The notes under the pieces are model-generated. The model was not told the origin of the DNA, made no database searches, and saw nothing but the letters and a program-made list of their open reading frames with translations. Below, one piece after another: positions 48,547-58,864 of a stretch of DNA of 64,000 bases (position 1 is its first letter; each line of letters starts with the position of its first letter). The stretch lies in the NCBI GenBank assembly GCA_963708255.1, contig CAVPSE010000002.1, forward strand, positions 1,461,842-1,525,841. The letters run 5' to 3'. Source of the stretch: an uncultured Thermoplasmata archaeon. GTDB lineage: Archaea; Thermoplasmatota; Thermoplasmata; Lutacidiplasmatales; UBA184. A program made the translations under genes and the position numbers.

Positions 48547-49650
48547 GTGGTCTCGGAGCTCCTGGTCGAGGGGGCGCTCCTCGACGCGGACGGAGCGCGA
48601 CCCGGCTACGCCCTGTTCCGAGCCGGTACGCTGGTCGAGACCGGGGCGCTCGGTACCGCCCAGGTCGGGCGGGCGGCCCGTCGCCTTCGGGGGATCGTGA
48701 CCCCGTCGCCGGTCAACGGCCACACCCATCTCGGCGACGCGGTCGCGACCCGGGAGCCCCCGCATGCGCCGATCGCGGAGATCGTCCGCCCGCCGAACGG
48801 CTACAAGTTCCGCCTTCTCCGAGACACCCCTCCCGCCGCGAAGCGGAAGGCGATGCGGGCGGCGCTCGACCGGATGGCCCGCGAGGGGGTATCGGCCACG
48901 ATCGACTTCCGGGAAGAAGGTCGGGCGGGGGTCGAGATGCTCCGCGCCGCGGCCCGGGGGCTTCCCATCCGGGCGGTCGCCCTCGGTCGCCCGCTCCAGC
49001 GTCCGATCGATCCCAACGAGCTGGACGCGCTCCTCGAGGTGGCGGACGGCGTCGGCCTCAGCGCCATCGGCGAGGAGTCCCGGGGCGTCCGCACCGAGGT
49101 CGCGGCGGCCTGCCGGCGCCAGAAGAAGTGGTATGCTCTGCATGCGAGCGAATCCCAACGGGAAGACCCCGGGGAGTACCCTCGATCCGACGCCCGACCT
49201 GCTCGTCCACCTCGCGGAGGCGACCCCCGAGGACCTCGCGGAGGTCGCCCGGGCGGGGGTGACGGTGGCCGTCTGCCCGAGGTCGAACGCCTTGTTCGGC
49301 CGCCGGCCCGACCTCGGCGAGTTCGCCCGCCACGGGGTCCGGACGCTGCTCGGGACGGACAACGCCATGTTCCACTCCCCCTCCATATGGCGGGAGCTCG
49401 AGTTCGCGTACGTCACGGGGCGGCTGATGAAGCGGCCGGTCCCGCCCGAGTTCCTCTTCCGCGCGGCGTTCGTGGAGCCGTACCGATGGCTCGGAACGCC
49501 CGACTTCGCCCGTCTGGCTCCGGGCTCCCCGGCGCGTCCGCTCGTCTTCCGGCTCCCTCCGGACGACCCGGAGTACCAGATCGTCACCCGCGCCACCGCA
49601 CAGCTTATGGTCCGGCCGGGGCACCGTCGGCCGGAGGCCGTAGAGCGTGA
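48547..49650 (+). CDS. amidohydrolase-superfamily protein (chlorohydrolase/deaminase-like; apparent frameshift about 49165, 3' end uncertain)
   Basis: VNGHTHLGD (HxH metal site) in ORF 48547... Continuation in ORF 48764..: LLVHLAEATPEDLAEVARAGVTVAVCPRSNALFG...LLGTDNAMFHSPSIWREL. Confidence 0.7.
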   Translation: MVSELLVEGALLDADGARPGYALFRAGTLVETGALGTAQVGRAARRLRGIVTPSPVNGHTHLGDAVATREPPHAPIAEIVRPPNGYKFRLLRDTPPAAKRKAMRAALDRMAREGVSATIDFREEGRAGVEMLRAAARGLPIRAVALGRPLQRPIDPNELDALLEVADGVGLSAIGEESRGVRTEVAAACRRQKKWYALHASESQREDPGEYPRSDARPARPPRGGDPRGPRGGRPGGGDGGRLPEVERLVRPPARPRRVRPPRGPDAARDGQRHVPLPLHMAGARVRVRHGAADEAAGPARVPLPRGVRGAVPMARNARLRPSGSGLPGASARLPAPSGRPGVPDRHPRHRTAYGPAGAPSAGGRRA

Positions 49651-51174
49651 AGTACCGACGAGCTGTTCGCGCTCCTCCGCCGCCGAGGGGCGTTCTGGCC
49701 CTCCGCCGAGATCTACGGCGGCGCCCAGGGTCTGTTCGACTACGGTCCCGTCGGGGTCGCGCTCAAGCGGCGGATCGAGGACGCCTGGACCCGCTGGTTC
49801 GTCGGGCTCTCGGATGACTACCACCTGATCCAGCCATCCGAGATCCTCCCCGAAGCCGTCGTCCGGGCCTCCGGCCACCTGGAGAACTTCACCGATCCGG
49901 AAGTGACGTGCGAGAACTGCCATGCCGTGTTCCGGGCCGATACCGTCCTCGAGAAGGTCCGGCCCGAGGGCGTGGACGGCCTCTCGGCGACCCAGATCGC
50001 CGAGCTTGTCGCGACCCACCACCCGCGCTGCCCCACCTGCGGCTCGACGAACCTCTCGGTGCCCCGGCCGTTCAACATGATGTTCGGCCTCGAGCTCGGG
50101 CCGACCGGTCGGGAGCGCGGCTACCTCGCCCCCGAGACGGCCCAAGGGTCCTACCTCGCGTTCGCGCGGATGCATGAGGTGGGCCGCAAGGCGCTCCCCC
50201 TGGGACTGGCCGTCATCGGGAAGGCGTACCGGAACGAGATCGCCCCTCGCCAGGTGCTCTTCCGGATGCGGTCGTTCACCCAGGCCGAGCTCCAGATCTT
50301 CTTCGACCCGGCCGCCTTCGAGGTGCCGTTCGCCGGGGTCGCCGACGAGAAGCTCCCGCTGCTCCGGGTCCCCCGACGGGAAGCGGGCGAAGAGCGACCC
50401 GAGTGGGTCCGCGCTAAGGAGCTGGTCGATTCGGGCGGCGTCCCCGCGTTCTACGTGTACCATCTGGCGATGAGCTACCGGTTCTACCGCCATGTCCTGG
50501 GGTACCCGGCCGAGTCGCTCCGGCTGTTCGAGAAGTCGGACCGGGAGCGCGCCTTCTACAACCGGATCCAGTTCGACATCGAGGTCGAGCTGCCGAGCCT
50601 CGGCGGTTACAAGGAGCTGGGCGCGGTCCACTACCGCGGCGACTACGATCTGACCCGGCACGGCGAGGGGTCCGGGAAGGACCTTTCCGTCAGCGTCGAG
50701 GGGCGGGGTCGGGTCCTTCCCCACGTCCTCGAGCTCACGTTCGGGGTCGACCGGAACTTCTGGGCCCTGGCGGACCGGCACCTCGCGGTGGACGGCGAAC
50801 GGACCGTTTGGCGGCTCCCATCGTACCTGGCGCCGGTGCCGGTGGCCGTCTTCCCGCTCCTGAAGAAGGAGCACGCCACCGTGGCGGCGGGCCTCGTCAC
50901 GGAGCTCCGCGACGCGGGGATCTCGGCCGTGTACGACGAAGCGGGCTCGATCGGCCGACGGTACGCCCGGATGGACGAGATCGGCACGCCGTTCTGCATC
51001 ACCGTGGACGGCACCACGCTGGACCCGGCGAGCCCCGAGACCGGCACCGTGACCCTCCGGCTCCGCGACTCCAAGGGTCAGGAAAGGGTCCCATCGAAGG
51101 GGCTTGCTGAGCGGCTGCGTCCGGCCCTCGTGCCCCCCGGCGCCCGAGGCCCTACGCCGTCAGGTCGACCTTAG
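49647..51174 (+). CDS. glyS: glycine--tRNA ligase (archaeal/eukaryotic dimeric type); the start region is frame-disturbed
   Basis: ORF 49903..51174, plus the same frame upstream to 49651: TDELFALLRRRGAFWPSAEIYGGAQGLFDYGPVGVALKRRIEDAW..., which has no in-frame start. GTG 49647 is in a neighbouring frame. Motifs FRNEIAPRQ-like (YRNEIAPRQ) and anticodon-binding tail. Confidence 0.88.
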
Positions 51175-51231
51175 CCCTCCCCGACGCGACCGACGACAAC
51201 TGCTATATCTCGACCCCCTGTATTCGATACC

Positions 51232-51867
51232 ATGTCGGCCGGTGGGGGTCCACCCTGCGCGACCCCGAGCTCGGCAGGCCCCAGCGTTCATCGGGAATCC
51301 CGATGGCTCGGCCAGGGCTACGCCGACATGACCAAGCTCCGGGAGCGCGCCGCCAAGTTCGATCGGGAGTCCTCCCGCTTCCAGAAGCGGGCCGCGAGCC
51401 TCAACATCAAGATCGAGAAGCTCCGGCACGTCGCCGCCGTCCTCCGCGAGAAGGCCCAGACCGTGCTCTCGAAGATCCCCGATCTCGAGAGCGAGATCGG
51501 CCAGTTCGAACGGAACGTGAAGGCGTCCAAGGACCGGGGCGGGGGGCTATCGCTCGGCTCGGACGTGACGGACCTCCAGGTCCGCATCCGCAAGCTCCAG
51601 CAGAAGGTCGTCAACCTGCAGCACAAGTCCCGGACCTACGAGCATCGCGCGGCGATGCGGACCCAGAAGACCGCCGAGCTCAAGGTGAAGGTCGACCAGG
51701 CGCTCGAGCGGGCGAAGCTCGCCGAGCAGGAGGCCCAGGCGTACCGGGCCGCGTGCGGACCGTCTCCAGATGGCGACCCAGGGAGAGGCCGCGGACCGCC
51801 TGAGCGGCGTCCCATCGGCCGATCCATTGCCTCCCCCGCCCCCACCCCCGCCGGGGGGATGCTGTGA
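51232..51867 (+). CDS. hypothetical coiled-coil protein
   Basis: ORF 51232..51867. About 150 aa of heptad-like sequence (MTKLRERAAKFDRESSRFQKRAASLNIKIEKLRHV...LERAKLAEQEAQAYRAA), then a Pro/Gly-rich tail. CTATATC box 23 nt upstream of ATG 51232. An alternative start is ATG 51328. The stop overlaps the next gene start (GTGA). Confidence 0.5.
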   Translation: MSAGGGPPCATPSSAGPSVHRESRWLGQGYADMTKLRERAAKFDRESSRFQKRAASLNIKIEKLRHVAAVLREKAQTVLSKIPDLESEIGQFERNVKASKDRGGGLSLGSDVTDLQVRIRKLQQKVVNLQHKSRTYEHRAAMRTQKTAELKVKVDQALERAKLAEQEAQAYRAACGPSPDGDPGRGRGPPERRPIGRSIASPAPTPAGGML

Positions 51868-52412
51868 AACTGATCGTCACCGTCGGGATGCCCGGCTCGG
51901 GCAAGGACGAGCTGGTCGAGGTGGCGCGGACCATGCACCTCTCCACGCTCAAGATGGGCGATCTCGTCCGGGACGAGACCCGACGGCGGGGCCTCCAGCT
52001 GACGAACGCGAACGTCGCCCGGATCGCGAACGAGGAGCGGGAGAAGCATGGCGGGGGGGTCTGGGCCCAGCGCGCCCTCCCGAAGCTCACGGAGACGAAG
52101 ATGCTCGTCGACGGGTGCCGCTCGGACAGCGAGGTCACGGTCTTCCGCCACAACTTCGGCGACCTGTTCGTCCTCGGGGTCTACTCGCCGCCCGAGCTCC
52201 GGTACGACCGGCTGATGAAGCGGGGCCGCGGGGATGACGGCGCCGACCTGCAGGAGTTCTTCGACCGGGACCGTCGGGAGCTCAAGTGGGGGATCGGCAA
52301 CGCCTTCGCCCTCGCCGACGGGATGCTGAACAACGAAGGGAGCCTCGACGAGTTCCGGGCGAAGGCCCGGGCCGCCCTTGAGGCGATCCTCCGGAAGGAA
52401 TCGGACGACTGA
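51864..52412 (+). CDS. UPF0200/AAA_17-like small nucleotide kinase (dephospho-CoA/adenylate-kinase-like P-loop protein)
   Basis: Intact 182 aa. P-loop GMPGSGKDE. KLIVTVGMPGSGKDELVEVAR...VDGCRS... Confidence 0.65.
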   Translation: MKLIVTVGMPGSGKDELVEVARTMHLSTLKMGDLVRDETRRRGLQLTNANVARIANEEREKHGGGVWAQRALPKLTETKMLVDGCRSDSEVTVFRHNFGDLFVLGVYSPPELRYDRLMKRGRGDDGADLQEFFDRDRRELKWGIGNAFALADGMLNNEGSLDEFRAKARAALEAILRKESDD

Positions 52413-52456
52413 GGTCGCCGCCTCGCGCGGGGCGGCGGCGCCTTCCCGCGGGGGAC

Positions 52457-53090
52457 CTACGGGGCCCGACGGAGCCGGGCGACGATCGGGTCGAACCGTT
52501 CGCGGTCGACGAGGAGCGCCACCCGGGGAAGCCGTTCGGCGAGGCGCTCGCGTCGCGTCGCAGATCGCGGTTTCGCGCGCCGAGTTGAATTTCCTCGATC
52601 CCTTCCCCGGGGTCATCGAGTGGTGCCACGCCTTCGCGAGATCCTCGGGCGAGGATGCCTTCGGGGGCGTCTTCGACAACTTTCGCTCCCGCAGCGTGCG
52701 GCGCACCAGCTCGAAGTACGTGATGTTGTCCGTGAACAGCGTCGCGTACTCCTCGTCCGATGGGTCCACCGCCTCCACCGGGACGCCCCGCGACCGGGCC
52801 CATTCGAGCGCGGCCAGCATCGACGGGTTGGGGACCCGGACCTCCCCGAACTGGGTGATCGCCTTGGCCTCGGCCGCCTCCGAGGAAGTGAGGGGAACGA
52901 CCGGTTCCGACGCGGTTCCGAGGAAGTGGTCGGTGAGCCCCGTGAGCTCGTCGAACGAGATCCCCACCGCCAGGGCCGACGGCTCGAAGTCGGTGAGCTT
53001 GGCGACCAGCGGGGTCACCTCCCCGACCAGGCCGCGGACCGTGCCGACCACGAGGAGGGCGCCGGACCGACGGACGGTCGCGTCGATCAC
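52457..53090 (-). CDS. TraB/PrgY-like family protein (tentative; apparent frameshift about 52545)
   Basis: GTG 53090 overlaps the upstream stop (GTGA). VIDATVRRSGALLVVGTVRGLVGEVTPLVAKLTDFEPSALAVGISFDEL...NPSMLAALEWARSRGVPVEAVDPSDEEY. The tail RRERLAERLPRVALLVDRERFDPIVARLRRAP is in another frame, with the stop at 52457. Confidence 0.45.
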
Positions 53091-54158
53091 AGACTCTCGC
53101 GATCGTTGATCAGATCGACGAGCTCGTCGCGGCCGCGGTGCCGCAGCAGCTCGCGCATCGTGACGATCGGAAGGCCCTCCAGCGACGTGCGGGGAGCGTC
53201 CGGAACGACGAACACCGCGTGACCCTCGATGACCCGCGCCAGCTCCTGGAGGAGCTCGGCCCGGTGGAGGGCGGTCCTCAGGCTGCCCACCGAGGTCAGC
53301 AGGACCTCCTCCTCGCCCCGCGTCGGACCGTGCGTGAACGCGTCGAAGGGGCACCGCAGCGTGACGACCACTTCCCAGCCCATCCCATCGAGCTGTCGGA
53401 AGACCCCGTCCCGGACCGGGTCACCGGTCGGCGCCACTGGCGTCCGACGACGCTTCGCTCCCTCCGGGGCCGGGCTTCCGTGTTCCCCGGGAGCGGCGGA
53501 CGCTCGCTGAGGTCCCCGGGTGCGGCGGCGGGACTCGGGGGGCCCGTCGGCGTCGCTGGGTCGGACCGGACCGGTCTGGGCGAACAGGTCGAGCGCGACG
53601 GCGATCGGCTCGCCCAGGAACCGCTCGAGCCGATCCACGACCCGGACCTCGGCGCCGGCGCCGTCCTCGTAGAGCTGGATCGTCCGTCGGGAGACCCCCG
53701 CCACACTGGCGAGGCCACCGAGCGAGAGCCCGCGTTCCTCCCGCAGGGCCCGAAGGCGCGTCCCGTCGATCCGGGCGAAGACGCCGCCCGGGGCTCGAGA
53801 ACAGGAAGGGCGGGAGGCCCTTCAGCACGTAGTCGGAGAGGCTCTCGGCGACCACGATGGAGATCCCGTACCGGCTGTAGACGACCCCGGGCTCGAGCGG
53901 CGTGGAGCCGGACGACTGGCCCACCACCAGGGGGACCGCCGGGAACAGGCCGCCGAGCTCCTGGAGCCGGCGGGCCTCGTCCTGATCGAGGGCGTCGATG
54001 TTCTTGAGGATCTTGACGACCAACAGGAGCGAGTCCCGACGGGCCAGAAGGTCGAAGCTCGTCGGACGGACAGCGTGGGCGTCGGAGACGAAGAACCCCG
54101 CGCTCTCGAGGATCCCTCGGACCGCGTCGATCGCCCGTTCCCTCGGCCTCCCCGCCAT
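53087..54158 (-). CDS. putative HTH-type (XRE-like) transcriptional regulator of the MJ1164/AF1627 archaeal family (apparent frameshift about 53715)
   Basis: ORF 53421..54158: MAGRPRERAIDAVRGILESAGFFVSDAHAVRPTSFDLLARRDSLLLVVKILKNIDAL. ORF 53087..53704: HTH GVSRRTIQLYEDGAGAEVRVVDRLERFLGEP and C-terminal domain. Confidence 0.7.
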
Positions 54159-54184
54159 CGTACCCCCGTTACTGCATTAATTCT

Positions 54185-54196
54185 TCTATATAAAAG
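54185..54196. promoter_or_regulatory. AT-rich TATA element (TCTATATAAAAG) between divergent genes
   Basis: The strongest AT island in the window (54175-54196). It lies 29 nt upstream of the minus-strand ATG at 54158 and may also serve the plus-strand gene at 54281. Confidence 0.5.
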
Positions 54197-54280
54197 ACCA
54201 TCATCGCATCGAGGAGAGAGCCGCCGATCGGGGCCATGGGGACGGCTTGGCGCTAAACGGGACCCTGGCATCGCGCCCGC

Positions 54281-55112
54281 GTGCCCGAGGAGGCGGAGCT
54301 CGCTCCCATCCCGGAGCACCCCGCCCTCGAGATGCGGTGGCCATCGGGGTCGCCGCCGACGATCGTTGTCGCCGACATCCACCTGGGGCTCGGAGCTCCG
54401 GAGTCCGGCCGCGGAGGCCCCAGCGAGGCCCTGGCCCGGGCCATGGCGCACGACCTGGTCGCCATCGGGCAGGAGCGGGGGGCCGCGGGGTTCCTGGTGG
54501 TCGGTGACGTCAAGCACCCGATCCTTGGAATGCCCCCGGCATTGCGCCCGGTCGTGTTCGACTTCTTCGCGACCCTCCTATCCGAGCGGTTCGCGGTGGA
54601 GGTGATCCTCGGGAACCACGACGTCGGGCTCACCCCCGCCCTCCCACGGGAAGTCACCGTCCACAGTGCCGCCGGGATCGTCCGGGGGGGCGCGGGATTC
54701 TTCCACGGCCACCGGTGGCCCTCGAACCGGGTCCTGCGCGCCCGTCGCCTTGTTGTCGGGCACCTGCATCCCGGCTACCGGTTCGCCCCCACCGCCCAGA
54801 CCCCGGCGGCGAAGGAGCGGTGCTGGGTCCGGGCCGAGCGGACCCCCGATGCGCCCCCCCGGCGACGCCGGGCGCGGGCCCCGGTCGCCGCCCGAGAGGT
54901 GATCGGTACTGCCCGCGTTCAATCCGCTGGCCGGGGCCGAGTCCCTGAACCGGGAGCGGCCGGCCCGCGGAAGATCGTTCCTCGTGTCGAGGTTCCTCGC
55001 TTCCGGGACCCCCCGGGCCTACCTATTGGACGGAACCGATCTGGGCGCCGTACTCACGGCGCCGGGGCGTCGCCGCGGGTCAGCAGCGGTCCGAGCTCCG
55101 AAGGGTCGGTGA
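54281..55112 (+). CDS. ICC-like metallophosphoesterase (COG1407-like; apparent frameshift about 54900)
   Basis: VVADIHLGLG, VVGDVKHP, LGNHD, GHRWP, VGHLHP. Tail in another frame: VLPAFNPLAGAESLNRE...AYLLDGTDLGAV. Confidence 0.75.
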
Positions 55113-57168
55113 CCGGCGCGAGGCAGCGCGTCCCGAAGCAGACGAGCGCCCGGGCCGGCCCGCCGGACCGGGCCGCGTTCTCCAGCTCGCCCGGAAGTGC
55201 GAACGGGGGCGCCGGGGTCCCTTCGAACACCCAGAGGTTCGGATGCCACGCCCGCTCGGCGGCCGTCCGAAGCGCGCGGGCGGCCCCGCCGGTCCCTTCG
55301 ACGACGACGCGGGCGGGGGCGGCCTCCAGAAGGCCGGCCGCGAGCGCCGTGCCGGCGGCGAACAGCCCCACTCCTTCGACCCTCGGCTGGACCGCCGACA
55401 GGAGCGATCTCGCGCGGGTCCTCAGCTCCTCGTCGCCGGTCAACGCCGAAAGTCGGAGCATGGCCAGGATGACCGCTGCATTGCCAGCGAGGTTGGGATT
55501 GTCCTCGACCGGGTACGAGGCGTCCGAGAGACTGGCAAGGGCCGGGCCATCGTACAGCTTCGGCGCCAGATCCTTCAGGACCCCCGAGGGGCCGGCGTAC
55601 TCGGGCATCAACGCGAGGAGCTGGCGGGCGGCATCGACGTAGCGGGTATCGAGGGTGGCACCTGCGAGCTCCACCAGACCGAGGGCGAACATCCCCTGGT
55701 CCTGAAGATGACCGTAGCCGGTTCCGCCGTCCCGGCCGAGCAGGTGGGCGACCCCGCGTTCGGGGGAGAACGCGTGGGCGAGGAACCGGTCCGCCGCGAT
55801 CCGGGCGCTCTGGAGGAGGGACGGATCCCCGAGAAGTCGAGAGGCCCCGACGAACCCGTGCAGGAACCCCCCATTGATGTCGGCGTACAGGGCCGGATCG
55901 ACGAAGGGGGTGGGGCGTTTGGCCCGGACCGCGGCCAGCTTTTGGACCGCGTGGGCCAGCATCGCCTCGGCCCGATCGGCGGTGACCCCCAGGTCGGCCG
56001 CGGCCTCGGCCGGCGCCATCAGACGGTAGAGGACGTTGCGTTCGGGATCGTGGGGCATGCGGCCGTCGGCGCCCACGCCAAAGCATCGGCTCACGAGGCG
56101 TAGCTCCTCCGCGTCGAGGGCGGTCTTCAGCTCGGGCCGGCTCCACGTGAAGAACCCCCCGTCGTCGCCGGGGGCGTTGTCGGCGTCCTGGCTCGCCCCC
56201 CAGCCGCCCGCCGGGTCCCCGAGGACCGACCGGGCCCAGGACGCGATCCCTCGGACGGTCTCCATCAGACGTCGATCCCCGAACCGGCGCGCTCCTTCGA
56301 CATAAACGCTGAGGAGCGCCGCGTTGTCCGCTCCCATTTTCTCAAAATGGGGGATATGCCAACCCTCGTCCGTCGCGTACCGGTGGAACCCCCCCGCGAT
56401 GTGGTCGTACACCCCTCCATCCGCCATCCTGAGCAGGGTCGTGCGCGCCTTCTGGGCGATGGCGTCGTCCTGGGTCGCTTGCGCGGCGTAGAGAAGGTAG
56501 GAGACCGCGGTCGGGTGGGGGAACTTGGGGGCAAAGCCGAACCCGCCGTTGACCGGGTCGTAGCTCTCCACGACCTGGCCCAGGACGCTCGCCAGGAACG
56601 CGGTCGGAGGCCGAGGGGTCGCGGTGGTCCGGCGGCCGTCGATCCGGGTAAGAGCATCCCGAACCGCCTGGGCGTTCGCACGGACCTTCTCCGGCTCCTC
56701 GGTCCACAGGCGGGCGATCTCCTTGAGGACCCGGCGGAAGCCAGGACGACCGAGGCCGTCCTCGGGGGGGAAGTACGTGCCACCGAGGAACACGTCCCCG
56801 TCCGGGAGCAGGAAGGCTGTCAGGGGCCACCCACCCTGGCCGGTGAGGGCGCTCACCTGGCGCTGGTATCTCCGGTCGACCTCGGGGTTCTCATCGCGGT
56901 CCACCTTGACCGTGATGAAGTGCTGACGGAGCAGCCGGGCCACCTCCCCGTCGGAGTAGGTTCCCTCGTCCATCACGTGGCACCAGTGGCACCACACGGC
57001 CCCGATGTCGAGGAGGATCGGGAGGTGCTTGCGCTTCGCGAGCTCGAACGGTTCCGGCCCCCATGGATACCAGTCGATCGGCTGCTCCGCGGCGCTCCGC
57101 AGGTAGGCCGACCGGGCACCCACAAGACGCGAGGTCCCGGGGCCACCGGGCGCGGGATCGGGGGACAT
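55054..57168 (-). CDS. thioredoxin-domain protein of the DUF255/YyaL (SPATA20-like) family with a six-hairpin glycosidase-like domain
   Basis: Intact 704 aa. IDWYPWGPEPFELAKRKHLPILLDIGAVWCHWCHVMD signature. Confidence 0.85.
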   Translation of the reverse strand: MSPDPAPGGPGTSRLVGARSAYLRSAAEQPIDWYPWGPEPFELAKRKHLPILLDIGAVWCHWCHVMDEGTYSDGEVARLLRQHFITVKVDRDENPEVDRRYQRQVSALTGQGGWPLTAFLLPDGDVFLGGTYFPPEDGLGRPGFRRVLKEIARLWTEEPEKVRANAQAVRDALTRIDGRRTTATPRPPTAFLASVLGQVVESYDPVNGGFGFAPKFPHPTAVSYLLYAAQATQDDAIAQKARTTLLRMADGGVYDHIAGGFHRYATDEGWHIPHFEKMGADNAALLSVYVEGARRFGDRRLMETVRGIASWARSVLGDPAGGWGASQDADNAPGDDGGFFTWSRPELKTALDAEELRLVSRCFGVGADGRMPHDPERNVLYRLMAPAEAAADLGVTADRAEAMLAHAVQKLAAVRAKRPTPFVDPALYADINGGFLHGFVGASRLLGDPSLLQSARIAADRFLAHAFSPERGVAHLLGRDGGTGYGHLQDQGMFALGLVELAGATLDTRYVDAARQLLALMPEYAGPSGVLKDLAPKLYDGPALASLSDASYPVEDNPNLAGNAAVILAMLRLSALTGDEELRTRARSLLSAVQPRVEGVGLFAAGTALAAGLLEAAPARVVVEGTGGAARALRTAAERAWHPNLWVFEGTPAPPFALPGELENAARSGGPARALVCFGTRCLAPVTDPSELGPLLTRGDAPAP

Positions 57169-57348
57169 CCCCGGCCCACGAGGACCGGTCCCTATGAGCC
57201 TTGGCGGGCCGCCGAACCCACGGAACCCGTTCGGGCGCCCCGCCCGACGGGGGCCGGGACTTCCCGTAACCGGCCTACCTCGGGGTAATTCCGCCCTCCG
57301 GCGTTATAAGGGAACCTTCGGTGGCGGTCCCCGTTCCGAGGTTCCCTC

Positions 57349-58104
57349 ATGGAGATGCAGCCCGGCCAGATGGCCTACGACCGCGCGATCACCGTATTCT
57401 CGCCCGACGGGCGGCTCTTCCAGGTCGAGTACGCCCGGGAGGCGGTCCGACGCGGCGCCACGACGGCCGGGGTGGTCTTCCAGGACGGGGTGGTCCTGGT
57501 GGCCGATCGACGCATCCCGAACCCCAAGCTCGCCGAGCCGGCGAGCCTCGAGAAGATCCACCAGATCGACGAGCACGTCGGGTGCGCCACCGCCGGCCTC
57601 GTGGCCGATGCCCGGGTCCTCGTGGAGTACGCCCGTCTCGCCTCCCAGATCCACCGGGTGACCTACTCCGAGCCGATCTCGCTCGAGCTCCTCGTTCGAC
57701 GGATCTGCGACTACAAGCAGCAGTACACGCAGTTCGGGGGCGTCCGGCCGTTCGGCACGGCTCTCCTCGTCGGGGGGTACGACGACGATGGGATCCATCT
57801 GTTCGAGACCGAGCCTTCCGGCTCGCTGACCAGCTTCAAGGCGACCTCCACCGGCGGGAACAAGGGCCCCGTCATGGACCTGTTCGAACAGAAGTACAAG
57901 CCCGGCATGGACGCCGAGGCCGCGGTCCTGCTCGCGCTCGAGGGGCTCCGTGCCTCCCTCGAGGACGGGGCCAACCTCCACCAGGTCGAGGTGTGCGTCA
58001 TCCAGCGGGAGAAGGGCCTCCGACGGCTCCCCCAGGAAGAGATCCAGCGTATCTCGGCCCGCCTGCCGCCGCCCTCCGGCGCCGGCAAGGGGCCGCGTAG
58101 CTAG
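57349..58104 (+). CDS. psmA: proteasome subunit alpha
   Basis: Intact 251 aa. YDRAITVFSPDGRLFQVEYAREAV signature. Confidence 0.95.
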   Translation: MEMQPGQMAYDRAITVFSPDGRLFQVEYAREAVRRGATTAGVVFQDGVVLVADRRIPNPKLAEPASLEKIHQIDEHVGCATAGLVADARVLVEYARLASQIHRVTYSEPISLELLVRRICDYKQQYTQFGGVRPFGTALLVGGYDDDGIHLFETEPSGSLTSFKATSTGGNKGPVMDLFEQKYKPGMDAEAAVLLALEGLRASLEDGANLHQVEVCVIQREKGLRRLPQEEIQRISARLPPPSGAGKGPRS

Positions 58105-58132
58105 GCCCCCCGGGCCCGGAGACCGACGGGCG

Positions 58133-58828
58133 ATGGTGAAGGTCGAGGACGCCGTCATCGCGCGGTGGGAGACGCAGGGATCCCGCTTCGAGGTCCTGGT
58201 CGATCCGGCGGCCGTCCAGGACATCAAGGACGGAAAGCTCGTCGACCTGTCCGACAAGCTCGCCCTCGATCACGTGTTCAAGGACGCCAAGAAGGGCGAC
58301 AAGATCTCCGAGGAGAACCTCGAACGGATCTTCCACACCCGCTCTGTCCCCGAGATCGCGAAGCAGATCGTCCAGAAGGGGGAGGTCCAGGTCACGACCG
58401 ACCAGCGGCACCAGCTTCAGGTCGAGAAGCACAAGCAGATCGTCGCCTCGATCGTCCGGAACGCCATGAACCCGCAGACCGGCGCCCCCCATCCGGCGAC
58501 CCGGATCGAGGCGGCGATGGTGGAGGCCAAGGTCCACGTGGACCCGTTCCGGTCCGCGGAGACCCAGGTCCCGGAGATCATCGCAAAGCTCCGGCCCTTG
58601 ATCCCGATCCGGCTCGATTCGGTCCGGGTGAAGATGAAGATCCCGGCCCAGCACTACCCGCGCGTCATCGCCGAGGTGAAGGCCCTCGGGAAGCTCTCGG
58701 ACGAGCAGTGGCTCTCGGACGGCTCCTGGAGCGCGGTCCTGGAGATCCCGGCCGGCGTGCAGACCGAGCTCTACGAGAAGCTCAATGCGCGCACGAAAGG
58801 CACCGCCGAAACCGCGCTCGTTAAATAG
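58133..58828 (+). CDS. ribosome maturation protein SDO1/SBDS
   Basis: Internal ATG of ORF 57950..58828: MVKVEDAVIARWETQGSRFEVLVDPAAVQDIKDGK... Confidence 0.88.
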   Translation: MVKVEDAVIARWETQGSRFEVLVDPAAVQDIKDGKLVDLSDKLALDHVFKDAKKGDKISEENLERIFHTRSVPEIAKQIVQKGEVQVTTDQRHQLQVEKHKQIVASIVRNAMNPQTGAPHPATRIEAAMVEAKVHVDPFRSAETQVPEIIAKLRPLIPIRLDSVRVKMKIPAQHYPRVIAEVKALGKLSDEQWLSDGSWSAVLEIPAGVQTELYEKLNARTKGTAETALVK

Positions 58829-58864
58829 CGGGGTCGGGTCGCGCGCCCCGGTGCACGAACTGCA

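Noticed and set aside
48451-50874. 807-aa minus-strand ORF antisense to the amidohydrolase and glyS genes
   Set aside because: Same reasoning. GlyRS and the amidohydrolase motifs on the plus strand explain the region.
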